From assembly GCF_001447785.1 (NCBI RefSeq), contig NW_015168053.1, positions 609,308-666,999 of the forward strand: 57,692 bases of DNA, given 5' to 3'. The notes beneath the pieces are model-generated. The model worked only from the letters and a program-made list of their open reading frames with translations, did no database searches and was not told the DNA's origin. The DNA is from Gekko japonicus. Taxonomy: Eukaryota. Position numbers and translations under genes: made by a program. Positions 15,538 through 27,500 of the stretch are shown here, one piece after another; the first letter of the stretch is position 1; every line of letters begins with the position of its first letter.

Positions 15538-18500
15538 CTGAGTATGAGGAAGAGAGAGAAAAGCTAGAAAGAAAGAAACTAAATTTCATCTTCCCCACTA
15601 TTCCATATTAGGCTAGTGGGACCAAATGTTACCAAGCATTTTCCCCCCAGTATTGTTCCTTTATACTGAAAAATTCTCTCATTTTGCAGTTGTCCATAGA
15701 GAAAAGGTCTAGTGTTGTTCGGTTCTCTCAAAATCAGAACTGATGAGTGGGGGGGGGGGGGTAAACTTACTCTTAATCTTTAGGGAAGTCCAGTCACAAA
15801 AACAACTTGGAAAGTGGCTTTAAAATGGTGAAGGGTAGTGACAGATAGAAGAAATTTTCCTCACATCATTTCAGATTGTGCTCCATCTAAGCTTAATCCT
15901 GTTTAGTCTGACTGGCGAGAAGGCCTAAAGCAGAAGTCCAACCCATCCCTCCTATTTGGGAAAGCAAGGATTAAAGTATCACGTGCCTAAACTGTGACCA
16001 TTTTGGTGGCCACCCATGTCAGACCCCAGCCATTTGGCAGTTTGTGGTCCTGAACCAGCCAATGCAAGAGGTTGGTTTCTGCTTCCTGCCCACTCTCCAT
16101 GATACTTCTTGTCAGCCACTCACCAGCTGGAGCTGCGCTTTCAGACCTTTGACCATGGTGCTGTACGAGCCAGCGAGCGCCACAAGGTAGAACATGACGA
16201 TGCTTGAAGATGAAATAAAAGGCAAAGGAGAGGGGATGGGGAGAACAGCACGGTGTCAGTATGTGTGCTTCTGTCCCTAGGATGCAGAAATCCAGGCATC
16301 CTTCTCTCTGCTCCCTCCCGCTCCCATTTCCCAGAACCCAGATGTCCACCCCAGTGACCCTCTCACCTCAGCAACAGGAACAAGGGCACCGCAAAGGCCA
16401 GAGAGCCTACAAACTCCAGGAATTCCTGGGCAGTAGGGGGCAGCTCAGAAATAGCACTGGAGACTGTGTTCCACATGGTGGGCTCACCTCGAAATGGGCC
16501 ACAGGCTTTTGAAGGGGACATACTGTAGGAGAGGGAGGACAGGGACATAACTGAAGCATTAGGGGGAATGAAAGAGACGTATTCATTTATTACAGTTTTA
16601 TAATCATATAGCCTAGCTCAAGGAGGCTTAACCCAAATGGTAAAATTACAAGAAAATAATTTCTTGCCAACTACACTGGTGAGCAGCATCTCCAGTGACC
16701 ACCAAAAGCCATGGAATGACAGCCAAAGCCAACCATTACCCTCTTGGCAGAAGAAGAAGAAGAAGAGAGATTGGATTTATACCCCGCCCTTCACTACCCA
16801 AAGGAGTTTCAGAGCGGCTTACAAACTCCTTTCCCTTCCCCTCCTCACAACAGACACCCTGTGAGGTAGGTGGGGCTGAGAGAGCTCTGACAGAAACTGC
16901 TCTTTTTCAAGGACAGCTGTGCCAGAACTACGGCTAGCCCAAGGTCATCCAGCCAGGTGCAAGTGGAGGAGTGGGGAATCAAACCTGGTTCTCCCAGATT
17001 AGAGTCCGCACACTTAACTAAGAGGATTCGTTTATTGGAACTTGGATTCCACTTTGGGTCAAAGGTTCAGGGTAGGCAGCAAGTTGTGCCTCCCCCCCCC
17101 GGCAGAGCTTCTGTGCCTTTAATATTTGTGAGGCAACCAGAAAAATAACAACGGCCCATCATGCAGCAGCTCTTACAGGCATCAGAGCTCCCCATTCCCA
17201 CTGCAGCTGCCACCAGCACTTGCCTAGATTGAATGATCGAGACATCAGGCTAAGGATGGTCGAACAGTCGATTCCATAGACATGAAGCAGGGCTGGAGAT
17301 GGCTCTCCACATAGGGTGGAGGACATCTGTCTCAAATGCCTCTGATTTGCGGCTACGGCTTACAGTTGTCCCTCTGGGTCTTGAGTCTCACCTGGTTTTG
17401 CTTCTCTACCCCTCCCCAAAAAGGTACCGGCCTTTTCCTCCCTCCACCCCACTCCTGTCTGGAATTCTCAGCTGAGAGACTGGGCAAGGGTCTTATACTT
17501 ACGCAAACATGCTGTATAAGGCCGGGACACAAGAAATAGTCAGACCCAAGAGCAAAACCAACAGGAAAAAGAAATTGGAGCTGGAGGCCCGAAATGTCCG
17601 TTCGGCCGGCTGGCAGTTGGCATAGAGGGTTAGCTAGAAAGGAGGAGGAAGAAAATAGGCAACGGGGTAAGTAAGAGCTCAAGAGACCTAGTTCATACCC
17701 CATTGCCAAGAGAAGCTGAGAATCTTTTAACATAATTAACTCCTAGAATGAGGTGCAATCGATCTACCCAAACACTCAAGTCATCTTCTAAGGCCCTGCT
17801 CCAGATAGAATCACGGTGAGTAGCAACGGGAGAGGAAGCACCAAAGGAGCACCATCTGGCTGTCATTTAAGATACTGGTGAGGACTTCTGTTTTGGCAGA
17901 CACAGCCCAATAGACTGCAAGTCTCCAGGCAACTCTGGGGGTTATCAGGGGCTCTTATCAGTGAGGATAGCAAGCGTTCCTTTTAAGTAAAGAAGAGTGC
18001 ATCAAGAGGAAAGTTTCCAGCCTTGCTTTTTCCTTGCTGTTCTGGTTTTCCACATACCCAGAGATATTTTATTTTTGTTGTGTTTTTTATGCGCAGGGGA
18101 ATATTAAAATGTGGCGCCTGAAGTGACAGAACGCATTCTGTTTCTTTCCGAATTTAAGCACCTTATTCTGCCGCATGGTGTAGGCCAGGTCTGAGTTCAT
18201 CTAGAAAATGCCTCAGAATACCCTGAAATGTGCGGGGATGCCCTCACGGAGAGGCAAGGCTTTCTCAGCAGATGTCAATGTGGAAAGGGTTTCCTGAAGG
18301 TAGGAAGTTTGAAAACAGTGCACGAGACCCCCAAATCCCCTCTCTTAATGTGTACCGTTCCCAGCTTCTCCCCATCAGGGCACATGCTCTCTTTGTAAGG
18401 AACCCAGAAGTCTTTGCTCCCGAGCACATCTCCACCCACGACTCACCTTTTTCAGGTAGAAGACCACAATATATTTTAGAGTGTTGAGTACAGGCAGCAG

Positions 18501-21500
18501 GGGGCAGAAGAGAGCGCCCGTCCAGCACAAGGTCTGTCCGTACACCAGATCCAGGACATTGGAAGGCACCATGAACTCTTGCTGCCCCCATAATTTTACT
18601 AATGGGCAGGAGGGTAAATATGTCACCAGCATCCTGGAATGCAAAGGAGGAAAATGAGCAGATGCAGATTGTGCTAAGTGAGAGCTGCGGCATGACACAG
18701 TAGTGAACACTGAACTAGAGGGATTGGTGGTACAAGAAGGCTTCATATGTTCAGGGGCCCTTTGTCCTTTACTGAAGTCTGTCTTGTGCAATTCCAGAAT
18801 CCAAGTGCCTCAGACCCATCTATGGCTGCCGCTAGGGAAACTGATATTTCATGCTTAAGACTGAAAGCACACTTGAACGCCTCTTGTGCTTTTTTGTGAA
18901 TGCTGCCCCTGTGGGATAAAATGGGGAAGAATGTTTATTCTAGTCGCTGCGAGTTTCTCTTGAACGTCACTGATGTGGGGGAAAGCGCAACAAGGGCTCT
19001 TGAGCCTTAGTTGGATGAAACAAAAAGTTCTGTTGATTTTCGACGCTGGCGCACCAACTAAAATTAATTTCCAGCATTGTCAATACAAGGACTACCATGT
19101 TTTTCCGTGGCTCTCAGACTTTTAAGGGGTCCACAGGTTCTGTCTGTTGTCAGGGCCAAATGATAACTTTGGGTTTTCAACAAGTTGCGGGGAATGGGTT
19201 TTTAACAAATATAAAGGAGAGTCCAAATGGGCTCGGAACACCACCATGATGGCGGTGGGAAAGATCTCCTGCCATTTTCCCGTACCAAAACAGCATCGTA
19301 GGGGAGTTGTTTCCCCATTTTTGCTGCTCTGTGTGCCGAGACTACTCCACGTGGAGTAGCAAAAGCAGGGAAATAACCCCCTGTCACGGCATTGGGGTGC
19401 CCCCTCAATCTCAATCGGCTGAGGTGATAGGAAATAAAAGGAATTTTAGATATGTCCAACTGGAAAATAATCTTTTTGGTAGTGTACATTTGTGGCACTG
19501 GAATAAAAGTGAACCTGGGTTCTGGACCAGTAATTTACAAGAATGATTAAAACAGAATCTAGGAATTAATTTACAAAAGATAAACATATATAAAAACACA
19601 CAAGTAGGGGACAGGAGTGTTGTTGTTGTTCAGTCGCACAGTTGAGTCCCACTGTGTACAATGAGACAAAGATGAAACAATAAACCTAACTAACTAGCCT
19701 CTAGACACTGACCCTGACCGACTCACAGCTCCAAAGGAGATGTCTTGAGTAGCAGTCTTCCCAGCAGCAATGATGCAAGAGGTGTCTCAGAGCGGCTTAC
19801 AAACTCCTTTCCCTAGGAGCCCTGCCCACCACGATGAGGGTAGTGCTCAGCTGCTGTGAGGCTGCGGGGTACCATTCGAGCCTGGGGAATCCCAACTGGT
19901 TAAAAACCCAAATGTGTTGTTTGGCCCTCAGAGAAGCATCGGGCCAGCCTCTGCTTTTTGTATTTTCAAAGGGTTAATTGCATTTTTCCTTGCAAGTGTG
20001 CCAGAGTGCAGTCTGATACTAGCTAGCCACACCCTGTGCTCACTGAAAGGGTCCTCCCCGTCATCTTTTTTGTTCCAACCGGATGAAGAGTTCTGGAGCA
20101 CCCAAAAGCTTATACACTGTTTTTGGATTTGGTTGGGTTAGTCTTAACAAAAGGTATCACGATGCTTTTGTTTTGGGCTTTGGAATTGGACCAATGCTAT
20201 GGTTGCCAACAGGCCTAGAGGAAAACGTCCTTTCCCTTTAATAGAGGCTAGCCCGATCTTTCAAATCTCAGAAGCTAAGCAGGGTTAGCCCTAGTTACTA
20301 TTTGGATGGGAGACCACCAAGGAAGTCCAGGGTCGTGCCGAGGCAGGCAGTGGCCAACCACCTCTGAACATCTCTTGCCTTGACAACCTTATGGGGTCGC
20401 CATAAGTTGGCTGTGACTTGATGGCACTTTACACACACACACAATGTGTAGAAATGAGCCACTAGCGCTTTAAATGGCATGGGGGTAAACAACATCCCAG
20501 GAAGCTTCTATCAAAGAGAAAAGGACATTTTTCTGCAGGCTTGTGGGCAATGCCAACTGCCTAGACAGGGTTTAAATTCCTTTCGACCATGTGTTTCTGT
20601 AAACATCTTGGGAGAACAGCTAAATCCATGCTTACCAAAGAGTAATGTCAACCCTTCCCCCAAATCCTAAATCAGAGGGTTTCATCCTGGCTAGAAGACA
20701 ACCTTAAGCCCATCTCCTATGACACAAGGGTAACAAAACTTACTTTCTTGGAAATTCCACAAACACCACCACGAGCAACATGATCAGCAGGTCAAAGATC
20801 AACAGTTTGTACATTTCCTGCCCCACTGAAGTCTCCCAGCACTGGAAGGACAAAAAGAACCATCTCAGGCCTCGTCTGGCACAGTCACTGACGAGGCGTG
20901 TTAGCCAGGCCTTCATTCTCCTCTTCCCTGCAGTTCCGGCCAGGCCTTTGGCATCCAAGAAAAACCTGGCCTCCCCTGCTGAAATTCACCACCTCTAAGC
21001 AGCCTGGATTAAGAAGATCTTGGAGACCCAGCGGGCACCAGCTTGGAAACTTTGCACAGAGACAAATAGTGTAACCTGTTTTACATTATGTTTTTTTAAA
21101 TTGTTTTTAATTATTCTGTAATATTGTATCTGTTGTGTTTTAGAATCTGCTTTGTGATCCGCCCTGAGCCCAATTGCGGGGAGGGAGGAATATAAACTGA
21201 AATAAATAATCCAGAAATCCTGGTAGCTGTTTGCCCTTCATGGGTGGTCAGGTCTGGATTGGGAAATTTCTGGAGATTTGGCAGTGCAGACCTGGGCAGG
21301 GTTTGGGGAGGGATCTCAGCAGTGTATTAATGCCATAGAGTCCACCCTCCAAAGCTGTCATTTTAACCAGGTCGTCTGGAGATCAGTTGTAATTCCGGGA
21401 GATCTCCAGGCCCCACCTGCAGGACCAGGGTTGCTAGCTCTGGGCTGAGAAATACCTGGAAATTTGGGGGGTGGAGACTGAGGGTTTGGGGAGGGGAGGG

Positions 21501-24500
21501 ATGTCAGTGGAGCATAATGCCATAGAGTCCACCTTCCAAAGAGGCTGTTTTCTCCGGATGAACTGGTATCTGTTACCCGGAGATCAGTTGTAATAGTGAG
21601 GGATCTCCAGCCACCACCTTGAGGTGGCAACCTTATGCAGGACAACAACCCTACTAACTCGCACTCTGGTTTCTATATGTCCTGGACATGATTTGTCCTA
21701 AGAAGAAAGGCCTGCCAGGGCCCCTTTGCCAGCCAGCTAACTTTTAGCTCCTTTCTGAAAGTCATCAGGATTCTTCAGCCCGCTAGGCAGGGCCAAATCT
21801 TTGGCCGGCCCACCACAGTGACAATTTGAGGTAGGTGGTTTAAGGAAGATGGTGCCAGTGCATCACCGGGGTCTGATTGGCACCAGCCAGGAGTGGCGTG
21901 AGTGGAAGTAGGGGGCATTCGCTGGGGGGGGGGGTAACCTAGATCTGATTCTACCATTAGACCTCATTCTCCACTCAAGAATCTAGGCTCCCACCTCCTG
22001 GTTCTCCTCACCAGGAATAGGCGGCTGTATCCACAGTCCTTGCAGTCTGAATGTTGCAGGTCCCTGCTGCAAGTGATCTGGGACCAAAGTGAAATAAGAA
22101 GAACCACCAGGCTTGCAAGGCGGAGGAAGACATTCCTACCAGGCAGAAAGACAGACAGCACAGTTACCAATTGAAAAGCAACCATCCGGGCACATTCTTC
22201 TAAGAGCAGCTTGCCAAGTAAGATTGCCGGCTTCCAGGTGAGGTCTGGAGTTCTCCCGGAATTACGACTAACCTCCAAACTACAGAGATTGGTTTCCCTG
22301 GAGAAAATGTCATTTTCAGCGGGTGGACTCTAAGGTACATCATCGATTCTAAGTAAAATCTCTCCCCATTTCCCCTCCTCCACAGGCTGTCAGGTCTCCA
22401 GAAATTTCCCAGGCTACAGTTGGCAACCCTATTGCCAAGTAAAAAGCAGCAGGTGAAGCTTTCCAGAGAATGGGGAGGAACAGCTGCTAATGTCTGCACA
22501 CAGCCATCTTCTCTTAAAGGCTTGCAGTGCAGATTGAAAAGTTGGCAGTCTTTGCTGCCAGTGACCTAGTTGAGCCTCATAGGAACAGTGAACATCTAAC
22601 ACCACCTGCCTAACATCTGCCTGTCACTATTAGGTGGCAGGTCCCCAAAACCTAGGCAAACCTCAGCTAGTGCCTGGCTTGGTCAATGGAACATGGGTCC
22701 AAGACTGCTAGGGTTGTCCCATTCCCTGGATCTTCAGTAAGCAAAAAACCCGTAACTTTCAGATAACAGCAGGGCAGTAGGGTTGCCAGCTCTGGGTTGG
22801 GAAATACCTGGAGATTTGGGGGGTGGAGCCTGGGGAGGGTGGGGTTTGGGGAGGGGAGGGACCTCATCTGGGTATAATGCCATAGAGGACACTCTCCAAA
22901 GCAGCCCTTTTATCCAGGGGAACTGACCCTGGCCATTTAGAGATCCATTGTAATAGTGGGGGCATTCCAGGTGCCTCCTTGAGGTTGGCAACCCAAACAA
23001 GGCAGAAAGGGACCACATGCTGTAATTTACTGAACCTGATAATCAATGCAGCCCTGACTGACCCACGCACCTGAAAACTTTACTGCTAGTTTTTTGTTTT
23101 CCCCTACTTTGTGCCCCTTTTGGCCATATTTCTCCTTTGCTACGCATACTTTGTTGTGTTCCATTTCCTAATTCGATCCAGTTCGAGTGATTGCTTTTTG
23201 TTATCTTTTGGTCCGCTTATCTTTTTGTTCTTTGCTCCGTTGACTCTTTCTATTTCCCACCCCTATCCTTCCTTTCATGCTGCCCCCTTGTCTCTGGAAC
23301 TCATCACCATTTGTGCTTCTCGTAACTGTTCAAAGCATCTGAAAAGGCACTTCTTCTCTAATCCATAAGATCTGCCTCTCTTTTGGTTGCTCCCTTCAGT
23401 CTTCTGTTCCACTTTCTTTTTGGTCTTTTTGAAAAACAGTTAGCCTATGGGCAGGACTGTTCATTTTACCTCGTTTATTGTACTGCACCTACTTTTTAAG
23501 GCATCTTATTATTAGTAGTAGTAAATGTATTATTATAATTACAGCTAGCTACCTGTACCCCTGGTATACACCATGCCCCACAGAGTATCCAGTACTTCCT
23601 GTACCTGAGAAGAGTGATTTTGATTTCAAAGCTGAGTGGGTATTTCTCTAGGTGTACAATGACCCCAAAAATCATTGGGATGAGGAGGTTTGCAACTGTG
23701 ATAACAATAGACGGGAGATAAGCTGCCAACAGCTCCAAGAGAGTTTGACCTTTGACTGGAGAGTTGTCCTGCAGAGAGAGAGGAGAGAGAGGAATTTGCC
23801 ATTTTCTTGCTTGGGATGCTCTGGCAGAAGTTCAACAGGTGCAGCAATAGGGAGACCCATGCCTGTTGAATTTCTGCTTGTCACACAACTCAGCAGAGTT
23901 TCTACCCGTAGATTTTCAGCACCTGACTGCTGGCTGGCCCAGACAGTATATAAGAGCCGGCTTCCCTTTTGGTCCAGGTTCCCACTCCCAGCATGGCCCC
24001 CAAAGGTCAGTGCATTTACTGAACCCATGATCTGCTAGATCAGAAGGCAGGAGTTCGGGGGGGTTCCTGCCCCCACCAGCAATAGCAAAGGGCCTGATGG
24101 GGAGACTGTGTGTGAAAGCTACTTCTTTACCGATCCCACAAGCCGCTGGGAATACTCGGCCGCCAAGTAGATGCAGAAAAAGCCTCCAGCCAACAGGCCT
24201 AAAACCAGAACGTTGAGCAAGCCTCGGAGGAGGTAGAGAGTGGCTCGTTGTTTTGTGGTCTGCTCTGCCAGGCGCCTGCGGAACATCTCCTCCTCGAGAT
24301 CCATCTGCAGGGAGAAAGAGACTCCTTGGCATCCCCAAATGGAACCTTCCATGATACAAAAATAAAGGTGCAGCCGCAAGATGGAGGGACGTGGAGCACA
24401 TATCTCTGCCCAAATGGTGGATGTAAGCTGAAACCTGGAAGAAAAATCTCAGAAACCCATCCGTTCACGGCATGTTGCGCTGGTATAGCAAGTCCTATCA

Positions 24501-27500
24501 GAGGCTGAAGTGCTCTGATGGAGTTTCTTTGTATTCTAACTTGCCTTCAAGGAGCTGTGGCCGGTCAATAACCCCCCTTCCATACTTCCTTTCCCCCTCA
24601 CAACCTTGTGAGGTATGTTGAACCTAATGGGATCAGAGAGTGGTGATTTGAACCCAAGTCTCTCTAGTCTCAATCTGACACTCTAAACAGCCAGCAAAAC
24701 AAGCAAGCAACCTGTAGTTTGTTAGGCAGAGCAAGACGTAACCGGACCCAAAGGTTGCTTTGATGCGTAAACATATATTACGTTCTCCTCATGTCTTCCT
24801 CAAGTCTTGTGCGATCAGACATGTGTTGCAAGTTCTCTGCTGGAAATGTAGTTCCCAGGTATGGGGATGTATGTCTCGTTTGGATCAGGACCAGAGTGCA
24901 CCAGGCTGTGCATGGGAATTAAGTTGCCAGCACAGTCCTCAAAACAAGTGTGGGAGAAGGTGAGGAAAATGTAACATGGAGTTAGATCTTTCAGTTGTGT
25001 GCTGGTGTAGAGGGTGTGTTTTGTTTCAAGAGGATCCCATTGGATAGTGGTGCCTGCTGTTAAGTGTCACCCAGAGCCCTTAGCTTCTGACTTCGATCTC
25101 CAGTTATCCAGGTTCATTAACTCACTCTCTTCTCCCTTAATATAAGCCCGAAGGCTGATTCTGGTGCCCAGTACTGAAAATGAGAAGAAGGCGGGATAGA
25201 GACCAATACAATGATGAGACATCTCATGCGGGGATGCCATTTGAGCTGGTCCCCCTATCATTTCTTTTGTTGGCCTGCGGTCATTTATGTGCTGTATAGC
25301 AGGGGTGTCAAACGTAAGGCCTGGAGGCCGGAACTGGCCCGTCCAGGGCTGTTATGTGGCCCGTGAGCCACTGGTGCGAGGGAGGGAGCAGGAGGCTGCT
25401 CGGGGTGGTGGTGGACAGAGCCATTCCAACTGTGGCTCCATCACGGCGGAACAACCTTGTCTGCAGCAGTCAAGCAGAACCCCTGAACTTCAGGGACTGG
25501 TAAATTGGGAGCCACTGCAACTGCACTCATACCTCTCCCCTTGGCCTGCAGCTTCAGGGATCAGTGTTTGCACATGGGGGCGCAGACAATCCACTGTTGG
25601 GACATGAGAGCGTCTGCCCGGCACTGCACTGCTGGCTCTCCATGTGGGTTTTCCTCTGCACCCCCATCCCACCCCAGGGGGCCTTGCAGTGAGGGCACAC
25701 CAACCTGGAGCTTACAGTTGCTGTCCTTTATAAAGTTTAAATCTCCGGTACCTGGCATTACATTTTGGGTGCGTTCAGACGGGGGCTTTACAACGGAATC
25801 TGTGCCGGTTGCAATCGTTGTACTTACTGGCATTCAGACGGCGAACATCTGTCTTTCCTCCGTAACTGTTGTAAAGCCCTTTAAACCGTTGCACTCTGCC
25901 ACTAGGTCCCCAAGTGGTGGTATCCTGAGTGCGACGGTTGCATTTGCTTAACCCTGCCGTCTGATCGCTCTCCACCGGTGTCTAGCCACTTCCGTTCGGA
26001 AGCCTGAGGCTTCGGATTTTCCCCCGCCATTTTTTTTTTAACTAAGCGACGTGCGCTTGGGCGAAGCTTCGCCCTGAGCGTTTGTTTGTTTGTTTGAAAA
26101 AATAGCCCTTAGTGTAGCATTTTGGAGGAGTCCGGGACTTCAGGGAGGCCAGTTTGGTCTTTAAACTTTAAAGGTAAGTCCTTACCTTTAAAGTTTAAAT
26201 GTAATATGGGGTGTTTTGAGCATGCGCAAAGATCGCCATTCTGTGAATGGCTGCCTATGCGCATGCTCAAACTGAGTTTTAAAAAAAAAAGCCGACACCC
26301 GCAGTGTGTGAGCGGGCATACAGCGATGGGATCCGCAAAATGGAGGTGAGTGTGATCGCGTTTCAGCCGGCATAAACTGCACCGGTTCCAACCGGTACAG
26401 TTTATGCCGGCTGAAACGCCGCGTCACACATGGCCCGGCCCGACAAAGTGACATTTATGTCAGATCTGGCCCTTATAACAAATGGATTTGACACTCCCAC
26501 TTATAGCTCTGTGCATAAATGAGACTTTGTGCAACAGAAAATCATGAGTCATCTTGAAGGGGACAGGTGAGTGGGCATGGAAGTAGATGACTTGCAGTAT
26601 GCCAAAGCTCCGGGGGCTGCCCTGCCTGCCCTGGATAGCCCAAGCTAGCTTGATATTGTCATGTCTTGGTAGGCTTGGTCCTGGTTAGTATTTGGAGGGG
26701 AGACCACCAAGGAAGTCCAGGGTCACAATGCAGAGGTGGGCAATGGCAAACCACCTCTGAATGTCTCCTGCCTTGAAAACCCCGTGGGGTTGCCATGAGT
26801 CAGCTGTGACTTGACAGCAAAAAGGGGGGGCTGGAGGTGGGGAGCAGGTAGGCAAAGGTCAAGAGACTTGTATGTCATTCTGTGTTATAAGGAATTGGGT
26901 ACCAGGGACCCACAACCTCCTACCAATCTCCTTGAAATCCAAGCCCAAATATCCCAGCACTCTGTGATATCAGTTTCTAGCCTTCCGGGAGTTGTCAACC
27001 GGTCTTACCCGCAGTTCATAGCGAATACTCTTGTGTCTTAACTGCACTGCACTGGGCTGCATCAGGCCGAAATCCCAGCCAGCAAAAACTTTGTTACTGT
27101 AGGATCCAAGGGAGGCGTCTTCACTAACCAAGCTGCGTTTGAGCCAATAGACCGACCTGAGGATGGAAGAGCAGAGAGAACAGATACTGAAATAAGATTC
27201 CTCCACCAGTCAGGAGATGCAGCCGCCTCTGGGGTGCAGGATGGCTGTTTGTATAGTGCGGAGCTGTTCTCTCACCTCCGTACAATCCATATCAGACAGA
27301 AGAGGAGGTAGAAGAATGCTGTGAGAAGATAGGCGAGGGGGACGTTGTATGAGAAGCTGACAAACTCGACTGCCGAATTTTGGTATTTGCCGTAGAACAG
27401 ATAGGTGAGTTCCATGAAACCCTGTAGGGAGATAAGCACGTGCATAACTGACCACCACTGAAAATGGGTCAGAGCAGCCCTTTCTGGGGGTATTCTTGGG

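Noticed and set aside
19202-19498. ORF ending [20 protein letters not shown], superficially TSPO-like
   Set aside because: Similarity is limited to a few residues, followed immediately by a stop, with no other TSPO features; likely chance.
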